64,000 nucleotides of DNA from a virus (Duplodnaviria; Caudoviricetes): the IMG/VR virus record IMGVR_UViG_3300043395_004688. One strand, 5' to 3'. Below the pieces are notes generated by a model, which was not told where the DNA came from, ran no database searches, and saw only the letters and a program-made list of their open reading frames with translations. How positions within the stretch are numbered: the first letter of the stretch is position 1; every line of letters begins with the position of its first letter. Both the position numbers and the translations under genes were made by a program. Positions 36,056-43,986 of the stretch are shown here, in pieces.

Positions 36056-36433
36056 ATGTCTAAGATTCTTTCTCAAACCCCCGACGCCATCCGCAAGCGT
36101 GAGGCTCGTGCTCGTGCTCGCGCCGCTGGTGTAATGGAGCTCACTGTTGCCGCGCCGGTGGCACCGGTTGTTGCGCCTGCTGTAGTTGCCGCGGCCGTTG
36201 CTGAAGTTGCCGCTGGCGAGACTTTTGCGTTTGTTGGCTATGCCATTGACGCCAAGGGTCGTGGTGCTGTTCGCTACACCAACGACAAGCGTCGGACTCG
36301 TACGCTGGTCCGTGCTGGTTGCACCGCTGTTAAGTTTGTCGAGCTGCCTGAGCCAATGACCAAGGAGCAGATTGATGCTTCTGAGTTTATTGCTCAGGTA
36401 AAGCCTGCCGACTCTGTTAGCCAGGCGGCTTAA
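36056..36433 (+). CDS. Hypothetical protein with basic/Ala-rich N-terminus
   Basis: AGGAG RBS; AIRKREARARARAAG, Ala/Val/Pro linker, globular C-terminus. Confidence 0.7.
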   Translation: MSKILSQTPDAIRKREARARARAAGVMELTVAAPVAPVVAPAVVAAAVAEVAAGETFAFVGYAIDAKGRGAVRYTNDKRRTRTLVRAGCTAVKFVELPEPMTKEQIDASEFIAQVKPADSVSQAA

Positions 36434-36450
36434 TTAGGAAGGGGTAGGGG

Positions 36451-36479
36451 TTGACACTCCTACCCTACCCTGCTATACT
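36451..36479 (+). promoter_or_regulatory. Sigma70-type early promoter 3; -35 at the tip of an inverted repeat
   Basis: TTGACA-17-TATACT; gggtagg (36442-36448) pairs with cctaccc (36459-36465). Confidence 0.85.
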
Positions 36480-36511
36480 AGAAACATCATTAACGCCCTG
36501 AAGGAGCCACC

Positions 36512-37609
36512 ATGGGAAATCAAGTAGAAACCCGCACCGTTAAGATCAGCGAGTGCAAGCCTATTCTGCGCCGTGCAGTAGCCAAGCGCCGACCAATTTT
36601 TATCTGGGGTCCTCCGGGTGTTGGTAAGAGCGATATGGTGAATCAAGTTGCCAGCGAGTTTCCTAACTCGACTGTGATTGACTTGCGTATGGCACTCATG
36701 GACCCTACTGACATCAAGGGTGTGCCTTATTATAGTGCTGGTGACAATACTATGAAGTGGGCTACTCCTAGCGAGCTGCCTACCGCAGAAGTTGCCGCTG
36801 AACACGATGTTGTGTTCCTATTCCTCGACGAGCTTAACTCTGCTCCTCCTGCTGTTCAGGCCGCGGCTTATCAGCTGGTGCTCAACCGCAAGGTTGGTCA
36901 GTACACCTTGCCCAACAATGTAGTGATCATTGCCGCAGGTAACCGCATGGGCGATAAGGGTGTTACCTATCGCATGCCTAGCCCACTGGCCAACCGTTTC
37001 CTGCATTTGGAAATTCGTGTAGACTTTGAGGACTGGGAGCAGTGGGCTTTGCACCACGAGATCCATCCGCATGTGGTGGGCTTTTTGAAGCAGTTCAAGG
37101 GTGATCTTTATAACTTTGATCCTACCCAGCACGACCGTGCGTTCGCTACTCCGCGTACCTGGAGTTTTGTGAGTGACATGTTGGATGACGACATGCCCGA
37201 CAGCGCCAACACCGACATGGTGGCTGGACTAGTTGGTGAAGGTATGGCCATTAAGTTTATGGCTCATCGTAAGCATGCCGCTGACTTGCCTGATCCTGCA
37301 GATGTGCTGAGTGGTAAAGTTACCACTTTCAAGAGCAAGGAAGTGTCTGCGGGTTATGCACTGGTTACTAGCCTCTGCTACGAACTTCGTAGCCGCTACG
37401 ATGATGGCAAGAGGACTGGCAAGCTGGACGACTTCAACAAGAGTGCTGATAACTGGCTGGGCTTTATGATGAGTAACTTTGAACCCGAAATGGTTATCAT
37501 GGGTGCTCACACCGTGCTGAAGAATTATAAGGTTGTGTTTGATCGCAAGAAGATGACCAACTTCCCCGAGTTCTTCAAGCGGTATGCCAACCTGCTCACT
37601 GACGAGTAA
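36512..37609 (+). CDS. MoxR/dynein-related AAA+ ATPase
   Basis: Walker A GPPGVGKS, Walker B FLFLDELN, AAGNR, PSPLANRF, TPRTW. Confidence 0.92.
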   Translation: MGNQVETRTVKISECKPILRRAVAKRRPIFIWGPPGVGKSDMVNQVASEFPNSTVIDLRMALMDPTDIKGVPYYSAGDNTMKWATPSELPTAEVAAEHDVVFLFLDELNSAPPAVQAAAYQLVLNRKVGQYTLPNNVVIIAAGNRMGDKGVTYRMPSPLANRFLHLEIRVDFEDWEQWALHHEIHPHVVGFLKQFKGDLYNFDPTQHDRAFATPRTWSFVSDMLDDDMPDSANTDMVAGLVGEGMAIKFMAHRKHAADLPDPADVLSGKVTTFKSKEVSAGYALVTSLCYELRSRYDDGKRTGKLDDFNKSADNWLGFMMSNFEPEMVIMGAHTVLKNYKVVFDRKKMTNFPEFFKRYANLLTDE

Positions 37610-37613
37610 TAGG

Positions 37614-37931
37614 GTGAGGAACTGGGCTGTACTTGAAATAATGTATGGCCCAGAAGCCCGGCAGATATGGACGGACCAACCACCAACCCCCTCTGATGTT
37701 AGCGAGTGGCTCCGCGAACAAAGGAAAGGTTGGTCCGTCCGCCCATACCCAATTGGAGCCACAATCAATGAAGTTACCAAATGGGCCAGAGAACAGGGCC
37801 TTAAACGGTTAGATTGGGACTTTGTTCCGCGTAAGAAGATATGGTTTAGAGATCCGCAGGTAGCAATGATTTGGGACTTGTGTGGTCCTAAAAATAAAGC
37901 GGTTAAAACGGTTGACCTAGAGACAGAATAG
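37614..37931 (+). CDS. Probable dispersed member of the small paralogue family
   Basis: EWLREQ, KWAREQG ... KIWFRDPQVAMIWDLCG; start GTG 37614 or ATG 37641. Confidence 0.55.
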   Translation: MRNWAVLEIMYGPEARQIWTDQPPTPSDVSEWLREQRKGWSVRPYPIGATINEVTKWAREQGLKRLDWDFVPRKKIWFRDPQVAMIWDLCGPKNKAVKTVDLETE

Positions 37932-37940
37932 CCGTATAAT
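37912..37940 (+). promoter_or_regulatory. Sigma70-type early promoter 4
   Basis: TTGACC-17-TATAAT; AAAACGGTTGAC shared with promoter 1. Confidence 0.85.
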
Positions 37941-37966
37941 AGATACATAGTTTGAAGGAGCCACAA

Positions 37967-39163
37967 ATGTCTAGAATGCCCGCCCGCGATAAGCTTATTA
38001 AGAGCCGTGTTGCAATGTTGCTGAAGTATCCGTTCTGGGGGCCTTTGGCAGCTCGGCTCAAGCTTGAAGAAGTTGATTGGTGCAAGACCATTGCCACTGA
38101 CGGCCGCAAGTTTTACTATAACAAAGAGTTTGTCGAGAAGCTCAGCGACGGCGAAATGATTTTTGGTTTTGGCCACGAGCTTGGACACATTATTTTTGAT
38201 CACATGGTCCGCCGAGGAGACCGTGAACCTCAAATTTGGAACATGGCCGGTGACTATGTTATCAATAACATGCTGGTCCGTGAAGGTGTTGGCACACCAA
38301 TCACCACTGTACCTATTCTAGTTGATCGCAAGTATGAAGGCAAGACTGCCGACGAAGTTTATGACGACTTGATGGCCAATGCCACCGTTATTAAGATGAC
38401 GCTGGATGACCACCTTGATGCTGATGGCAGTGGTGACGGTGACAGCGACAGTGACGGCGAAGGCAACGGCAAGCCCAAGTTCAAGAAGCTTACCGAAGAA
38501 GAGCGCAAGGCTCTGCGTGACGAGTGGCGCGAAGCTGTTATCCAAGCCGCAAAGAATGCTGGCGCAGGTAATACGCCGGCCGCAATTCAGCGCCTAGTTA
38601 AGGATATTACTGCGCCTGTTATGGATCTGCGTGATCTGTTGCGTATTCAGTTTAGCGGCTCTGTTAAGAGTGACTACACCTGGATGCGTCCTAACCGCAA
38701 AGGTTGGCATACTGGTGCAGTTCTTCCGGGTCAGTTGCCTGGCGAGGAACTGGACATTGTAGTGGCACTTGATGCTTCAGGTTCCATTGGTGAAGACATG
38801 CTGATGGACTTTTTGGGTATGGTACAGGGTTCGCTGGATCAATTTACCAGCTACAAGGTTCGTGTTGTTACCTTTGACACTACTGTTTACAACGAAGACG
38901 AGTTCACTGCGGAAGATGGTCGTAGCATGGGCGAATACGAAGTTACCGGTGGCGGTGGTACAAGCTTTGAATGTGTGTGGCAGTGGATGAAGGACAATGA
39001 AATCCAACCGCACCAATTGGTCATGTTCACAGACGGATATCCGTTTGGTTCGTGGGGCGATCCTGACTACTGCGACACGCTGTTTGTGGTTCATGGTAGC
39101 AAGGACATCACTGCTCCGTTTGGTATCACTGCTAACTATGTGCCTGCCAATCGCAGGCATTAA
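37967..39163 (+). CDS. Metallopeptidase-like (HExxH) plus VWA-domain protein (DUF2201-type)
   Basis: IATDG, GHELGH, WNMAGDYVIN, acidic DGDSD linker, MIDAS DASGS, GGGTSF, FTDG. Confidence 0.88.
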   Translation: MSRMPARDKLIKSRVAMLLKYPFWGPLAARLKLEEVDWCKTIATDGRKFYYNKEFVEKLSDGEMIFGFGHELGHIIFDHMVRRGDREPQIWNMAGDYVINNMLVREGVGTPITTVPILVDRKYEGKTADEVYDDLMANATVIKMTLDDHLDADGSGDGDSDSDGEGNGKPKFKKLTEEERKALRDEWREAVIQAAKNAGAGNTPAAIQRLVKDITAPVMDLRDLLRIQFSGSVKSDYTWMRPNRKGWHTGAVLPGQLPGEELDIVVALDASGSIGEDMLMDFLGMVQGSLDQFTSYKVRVVTFDTTVYNEDEFTAEDGRSMGEYEVTGGGGTSFECVWQWMKDNEIQPHQLVMFTDGYPFGSWGDPDYCDTLFVVHGSKDITAPFGITANYVPANRRH

Positions 39164-39176
39164 ACCAGAAGGACGT

Positions 39177-39387
39177 TCAGCTTAATCAGCTGATACTGTG
39201 ACCCGCAGGATGAGAAGTGGTGTGATAACCACGGGTGGTTCCAGTCTAACCTAACTGGCGCTGGCGATGCGAGAATCCTCCCTGGTTGGGAAGCGGGTGG
39301 AAGGCATGCGTGATGGTGTTGGGAGTAACCTAGCGCCTGATGTGCTACAATTACCGCCGCAGGGAGGAAGCACTTAGTTCGCTAAGT
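39177..39387 (+). ncRNA. Candidate structured non-coding RNA containing a C/D-type kink-turn; family unknown
   Basis: Four local hairpins, a 9-bp long-range stem tcctccctg/cagggagga, nested helices, GUGAUG/CUGA k-turn geometry and a terminal UUCG hairpin; folded by hand only. Confidence 0.65.
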
Positions 39388-39405
39388 AAGGTAGAGTACC
39401 TTACT
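39381..39405 (+). promoter_or_regulatory. Late-type promoter GCTAAGTA overlapping a 9-bp hairpin that abuts ATG 39406
   Basis: agtaaggta (39385-39393)-gag-taccttact (39397-39405)-ATG. Confidence 0.6.
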
Positions 39406-40263
39406 ATGATAGAACTAGAATACGCTGAGGTAACCTGGTTTTTAAATGGTTACTGCAAATTCCAATGCTCCTACTGCCCATCACTCTTTAAAAGTGGTGA
39501 GTTGAGCTTTTCAGTTGACCAGTATCTATCTGTCATTGAAAAATTGCAAAGCACAAGATACCAACACCACCCAAAAATATATTGGAAGCTAGGCGGCGGT
39601 GAACCTTTACATTATCCGCATCTGAGTACATTGTTAAAAAAAATAAAAGAACGACCATCATTTGTTAGACTTGATACCAGTGGTGACGATACTTGGTTTT
39701 CTTTGTACAGCGTTTTAAATTTCATTGACAAGGTAAAACTTACATACCATCCCTGGCAAAATGATGATGTGTTTGGCTTTGCACTTGAGCAATGCCAAGA
39801 AAAAAATATAGGGGTTTCAATTGTTATTCCTTTAACGCCCGGAAAGATTTACGAAGCCAAAGAAAAAGCACAGCACTATAAAGACCTAGGATATGTGTGC
39901 AGTGAGCAAATACTCTACGAAGAAGACGGTCGATTATATCAAGGATATAGCCAAGTAGATGAGAATAGAATTTATGGTCGCCCAGACGATTATGTTAGTG
40001 TTCCAGTGGTTCCAGTGTATACAGACCTAAGTGTACCTAATCAAGCAGATCCTGTTTACACGGGAAAGCCATGCTATGCAGGAGTAGACTGGTTGACTAT
40101 TAATCCTCGCGGCTTTGCATCATATAGTCAATGCGGTGGCAGAAGCGAACACTACAATGTATTTGATCCACAATGGCAACCACCTAGCAGTCATTTTGCT
40201 TGTACCGTAAACCAATGTAGAAACGAACAAGATCGTAGAAAAATTAGAATTGTTACCGAGTAG
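39406..40263 (+). CDS. Radical SAM protein with a Cys-containing C-terminal (twitch-like) segment
   Basis: CKFQCSYC, GGGEP, LDTSG, C-terminal CYAG..SQC...CTVNQC. Confidence 0.88.
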   Translation: MIELEYAEVTWFLNGYCKFQCSYCPSLFKSGELSFSVDQYLSVIEKLQSTRYQHHPKIYWKLGGGEPLHYPHLSTLLKKIKERPSFVRLDTSGDDTWFSLYSVLNFIDKVKLTYHPWQNDDVFGFALEQCQEKNIGVSIVIPLTPGKIYEAKEKAQHYKDLGYVCSEQILYEEDGRLYQGYSQVDENRIYGRPDDYVSVPVVPVYTDLSVPNQADPVYTGKPCYAGVDWLTINPRGFASYSQCGGRSEHYNVFDPQWQPPSSHFACTVNQCRNEQDRRKIRIVTE

Positions 40264-40290
40264 AAACGCACCGCAAGGTGCGTTTTTTTT
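40264..40290 (+). terminator. Rho-independent terminator
   Basis: aaacgcacc-GCAA-ggtgcgttt followed by a T run, immediately after the stop codon. Confidence 0.92.
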
Positions 40291-40325
40291 GATTCCATTT
40301 TGGTTAAACCTTTGCAAAATTGGCT

Positions 40326-40333
40326 AATAAGTA
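40326..40333 (+). promoter_or_regulatory. Late-type promoter variant AATAAGTA (leadered)
   Basis: Downstream of the terminator and upstream of AGGAG + ATG 40368. Confidence 0.45.
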
Positions 40334-40367
40334 TTTCGTGGGTATACCATAACAATAGGAGATAAAC

Positions 40368-40607
40368 ATGGAAAACCAAGAACAGGCACAACAGCCAATT
40401 TCGCTCAATTTACAAGACCTTCGCGTACTAGCCGGTGCAGTAGAACTCGGCGCTACACGCGGTGCCTATCGTGCCAATGAAATGGAAATTGTTGGTGCTA
40501 CTTACAACAAGTTAGCATTATTTCTAAAGGCCAATACACCAGCAGAGCAGCCGGCTGAAGCAGGCGCACCTGCAGAAGTTACCGACGCACCTCAAGAAGC
40601 TGCTTAA
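40368..40607 (+). CDS. Small acidic hypothetical protein
   Basis: AGGAG RBS; GAYRANEMEIVG.TYNKL; P/A/E tail. Confidence 0.7.
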   Translation: MENQEQAQQPISLNLQDLRVLAGAVELGATRGAYRANEMEIVGATYNKLALFLKANTPAEQPAEAGAPAEVTDAPQEAA

Positions 40608-40624
40608 ACTAAAAGGAGCCTTAT

Positions 40625-41248
40625 ATGGCAAAATTTATTAAACATGTTGGACAAAATTTACAAGGCAAAAAGGTTGTAGTTTTGTTTCGCGAAGTACCCG
40701 GAGAGCCCGAGAACTGCCTGGTAGTTCATACAGAAAAGCTACCAGCTAGCTATCACGACGATCTTATGCGAGCTGTTGAAAGTAATATTTGCCAGGATCA
40801 ACTTGACACTCATGACTTTCTTTTTAGACAGTCATTCCAGGACGGTACCAATATGCTAAACACCTTGCATCAGCAAGGTTGGATTGTCAAGGTGCCTACC
40901 AAGAGCATTCTTATGCGACCAACTCCCGGCGTTGAAATTAACCTAGTTGATCTCAATAAGGAACTCAAGCAAATTACAAATCAAGAAGCTGTACAGGGAA
41001 TTAAACGAGCACCTGTAGCAGCGGCTGCGCCAAGCACACCACCCGGCGTAATCAGCGACGAGCAATTGGCTGCTAAGTATCGTTCTCAGGCCAATACCTT
41101 TGAAGCTGAAGTACGCAGGTTGAGAGAAGAGGCAAACAAGCTTGACCCAAAAAGCGTGGTCGCGGGCGACCACCAAAGTCCAGCCCAGCCGGCGACCGAA
41201 GCCAAGAGAGGAAGGGGCCGGCCAGCCAAGGTTCAAGTCGTAAGTTAA
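40625..41248 (+). CDS. Hypothetical protein with a C-terminal AT-hook-like motif
   Basis: AAGGAG RBS; KRGRGRPAK near the C-terminus after a coiled/low-complexity region. Confidence 0.7.
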   Translation: MAKFIKHVGQNLQGKKVVVLFREVPGEPENCLVVHTEKLPASYHDDLMRAVESNICQDQLDTHDFLFRQSFQDGTNMLNTLHQQGWIVKVPTKSILMRPTPGVEINLVDLNKELKQITNQEAVQGIKRAPVAAAAPSTPPGVISDEQLAAKYRSQANTFEAEVRRLREEANKLDPKSVVAGDHQSPAQPATEAKRGRGRPAKVQVVS

Positions 41249-41285
41249 CTTGGCTTGATCGTCTTAGGTCTTTTTGGAACTAACA

Positions 41286-41588
41286 ATGAGCATTCGCAAA
41301 AAAGATCGCAGCTTTGAAGACATGCTTCGAGAGATACATGTTGAGGAAGTACCTGTGGAATACATTGAATGGATCAAGGTCTATTTAGATGATGGCACAG
41401 AAATTGTCTTCAAGCAAAAAGATCTATCTGAAATTAAAACTAGCAAAGAAGTACTGGGTATCAAACAGCTAGAACAATACCTAGATCGTATTGTAGATTT
41501 TGAAGTAATGATGAACAGTGAACTTATCAAGTCTAAGGTCACTAGATTTGTAGGTGCTTTGTTAGCCACGCACTTTAATCAGGATTAA
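41286..41588 (+). CDS. Hypothetical protein
   Basis: FEDMLREIHVEEVPVEYI; in operon register. Confidence 0.65.
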   Translation: MSIRKKDRSFEDMLREIHVEEVPVEYIEWIKVYLDDGTEIVFKQKDLSEIKTSKEVLGIKQLEQYLDRIVDFEVMMNSELIKSKVTRFVGALLATHFNQD

Positions 41589-41591
41589 ATT

Positions 41592-42296
41592 ATGATTGAT
41601 TTATTATTAGTAAACCCACCAGAACATGCTTACAATTTAATGCCTTCATTTAGGTCTCAGGGGCTAGACTGTAAGGTAGTGATAACCCCAGGCTATGCAG
41701 ATCAGGCCGCTTTTGTGCAGGATGACGGAAATAATATTTCACTGTCATCTGTTGATAGTGTTACCACTGCATTGGCATTTGGGCCAAATGGCCAACGAAT
41801 CGTTGAAGGATTGAATTCTGCCGGTAAGATTGTTTTGGGAAACATTTCTAGTCCTAGTCACTTTCAGCGTCGTTTACAGTACTATCACACTGAAAAAGCA
41901 AATACTGGAACATGGAAATTTGAATTAGTATCTTTTAAAGGTAGGCATGTACTTGCTTATGCTAAATTTTATAATGAAGCATACGGCTGGAAACTAATTG
42001 ATAGAACAAAACAAGACCTTCCGTTTTTCTCCGGAAGAATTGAAGAAGTTTTTGAGTTTGCTGATCACATGGGCATACAAAATGGCCCATCGCAAATCTA
42101 CATAGACAACGAATCAAATTTTCGCTGTAGATTTTGTTTTGGATGGGAAGCATCAGCTGGGTTCCAAAAGCATTTTGAACACATATGGCCTAGTGTATTA
42201 CTTCACACGAAGGAAGAACCAAAAAAAGCAGCAGCGGCCTTTTACAATTGGGCAGACCGCAACGGTTCTTCTAAGAGATTTGATGTTAAGAAATAA
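41592..42296 (+). CDS. Degenerate ATP-grasp-like protein (tentative)
   Basis: FELVSFKGRH ... FADHMGIQNGPSQIYI resembles ATP-grasp ligase C-domains; no clear ATP-binding loop. Confidence 0.35.
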   Translation: MIDLLLVNPPEHAYNLMPSFRSQGLDCKVVITPGYADQAAFVQDDGNNISLSSVDSVTTALAFGPNGQRIVEGLNSAGKIVLGNISSPSHFQRRLQYYHTEKANTGTWKFELVSFKGRHVLAYAKFYNEAYGWKLIDRTKQDLPFFSGRIEEVFEFADHMGIQNGPSQIYIDNESNFRCRFCFGWEASAGFQKHFEHIWPSVLLHTKEEPKKAAAAFYNWADRNGSSKRFDVKK

Positions 42297-42299
42297 TTC

Positions 42300-42752
42300 T
42301 TAGTGTCTTTTTAAAGTTCCAAACATCCAGTCCCACACAGGACTAAACAATCCAAAATTAACACGAGTATCCCAGTGGTGAACCAAATGCCATTTACCAC
42401 TGGTAATCCATGGGTACCAATCAAACTTTGGATTATGCTCAATGGTTTCCTGTATAAATGCTGCCCAGAAGTAATAGAATACACTAATCCACCAATGCCC
42501 TGTAATCCAACTGAACACTAGTGTGGGAATAACTTCAGTGATCCACAGATCTAGTGTACTCATCCAAGTGTCATTGAATAAGAATATGTTATTCCAGTGC
42601 CATTTGGTTTGTTCGTGAGTGTTTATATACTTGTGGTGGTCGGCGTGAGCTAAGAATGCCAGCGGAAAGTAGCTGAGGCCTACAGCATGTATGGCACGAT
42701 GTATAATGTACAGATAAAGCGTCCAAGCAAGAAAAACTACAAAATAGATCAT
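42300..42752 (-). CDS. Fatty acid hydroxylase / sterol desaturase superfamily membrane enzyme (minimal)
   Basis: His boxes HRAIH, HADHH, EH, HLVHH; NFGLFSPVWDWMFGT terminus. Confidence 0.85.
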   Translation of the reverse strand: MIYFVVFLAWTLYLYIIHRAIHAVGLSYFPLAFLAHADHHKYINTHEQTKWHWNNIFLFNDTWMSTLDLWITEVIPTLVFSWITGHWWISVFYYFWAAFIQETIEHNPKFDWYPWITSGKWHLVHHWDTRVNFGLFSPVWDWMFGTLKRH

Positions 42753-42757
42753 GCTAG

Positions 42758-42798
42758 TACTTAGCAAGCAAATTTAATCATATAATGCCTAATAAATA
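42758..42798. promoter_or_regulatory. Back-to-back late-type promoters
   Basis: Minus strand gctaagta-ctagc-ATG (42765 to 42750); plus strand aataaata-aaac-ATG (42791 to 42805). Confidence 0.6.
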
Positions 42799-42802
42799 AA
42801 AC

Positions 42803-43315
42803 ATGCTTTTATACGAACGAACCAACATACCAAATTGGAAACTGATTCAAGAAAAGTTTTCTTACTTAGAAACTGCAAGGTCAGGCAGCGAATGGATCTA
42901 CCTTTTAGATAACAATGAAATTGCCGAGCTAACGAAATTGCTCCCTGTATATCCAGAAAGAAAAATAAAATCTGTACTGGCATTTAGTCAAGGACCATTG
43001 GGTGTACAGGAGATACATGTTGACGGCTACAGCGCAAAAAGAACTCGCTCCAGTAATAGCGCATTAAACATACCAATCAAATCCAGTGGTAGAATGACCT
43101 GGTATCGTGGAAAGTATGAATTAGAAGAAGCGTCAACCAGTAAGGTAAAATACCTTAAACTAAATTGGATTAGTGAGCCTGCTATACAAAATAGTGTAAC
43201 AATTGATTCACCTACTATTGTTAAAATTGATGTTCCTCATCGTGTTACCAACTTGGACAATGATTCAAGGATAGTACTGAGTGTAAGATTTTCTCCGGAC
43301 ATAGCCATTGGGTAA
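42803..43315 (+). CDS. Putative Fe(II)/2OG dioxygenase-like protein
   Basis: EIHVDG (HxD), ALNIPI, DVPHRV.N, RIVLSVRF. Confidence 0.6.
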   Translation: MLLYERTNIPNWKLIQEKFSYLETARSGSEWIYLLDNNEIAELTKLLPVYPERKIKSVLAFSQGPLGVQEIHVDGYSAKRTRSSNSALNIPIKSSGRMTWYRGKYELEEASTSKVKYLKLNWISEPAIQNSVTIDSPTIVKIDVPHRVTNLDNDSRIVLSVRFSPDIAIG

Positions 43316-43363
43316 ACAAACAGCTCTTGTGTTCATACATAAAAAGGTAACAGGAGAATTACC

Positions 43364-43984
43364 ATGAAGTGGCTAGCACTTGCTTGCTCTGCTGAAAACG
43401 AAGTACTTGCTTGCTCTGAGAGTTTACCATTGGTTGAAAGTGCGTGCCTCAACGATTTTAGAGCCATCTCTAGAATTTACGGACTTTCAGAGTCTGAGGC
43501 AAATGAACTCAAGAATGGTAATTTTAATTTTCGCATAGAGTTTAATGGTCCAAGAAATACCAAGTTGGTACCTCATCAGAAATCAGAAGATCTTGAATTA
43601 TTAAGCAAACAATTGCGCGGGCGAGTGCAGCTAATGCATGAGCTACATCAACGACTAGCACATGGACATAAAAGATTCCTTGATGTTGTACCTTGGCAAC
43701 AAGAAGCATACGAAGAAAAATATGTTGAAGCACAGGCCGTCATTGACGGAGTAACAGCAGAGTCCGGTATGGTATCTGACTATGCAGAAGAAAGCGGCCT
43801 AACAATCAATGTTGCCGCTGGTATTATTGTAAACAAATATCTGAATAGAAAATTTTTGCTTCGCAAACTTGAAAGGCTGCGAATTAGACATCAAATTGCT
43901 ATTCGTAATGCCAGTACCAAAGAAGACTTTGATCGGTGTCGTTCTGCAATGGACGAAGATGCCTTTTTGTCAATGATGATGTAA
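43364..43984 (+). CDS. Hypothetical protein; C-terminus reminiscent of tail-fibre chaperones
   Basis: AGGAG RBS; YEEKYVEAQA ... YAEESGLT. Confidence 0.5.
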   Translation: MKWLALACSAENEVLACSESLPLVESACLNDFRAISRIYGLSESEANELKNGNFNFRIEFNGPRNTKLVPHQKSEDLELLSKQLRGRVQLMHELHQRLAHGHKRFLDVVPWQQEAYEEKYVEAQAVIDGVTAESGMVSDYAEESGLTINVAAGIIVNKYLNRKFLLRKLERLRIRHQIAIRNASTKEDFDRCRSAMDEDAFLSMMM

Positions 43985-43986
43985 CT

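Noticed and set aside
37229-38233. 334-aa minus-strand ORF
   Set aside because: Antisense shadow of the GC-richer AAA and VWA genes; no motifs or RBS.
39177-39216. SAM-I riboswitch
   Set aside because: CTTAATC and GATGAGAAG resemble P1 words but are only ~20 nt apart, with no P2-P4 core between them.
39267-39377. 36-codon ORF inside the structured region
   Set aside because: No RBS, no coupling to a neighbour, and the extensive base pairing explains the sequence better. Not fully excluded.
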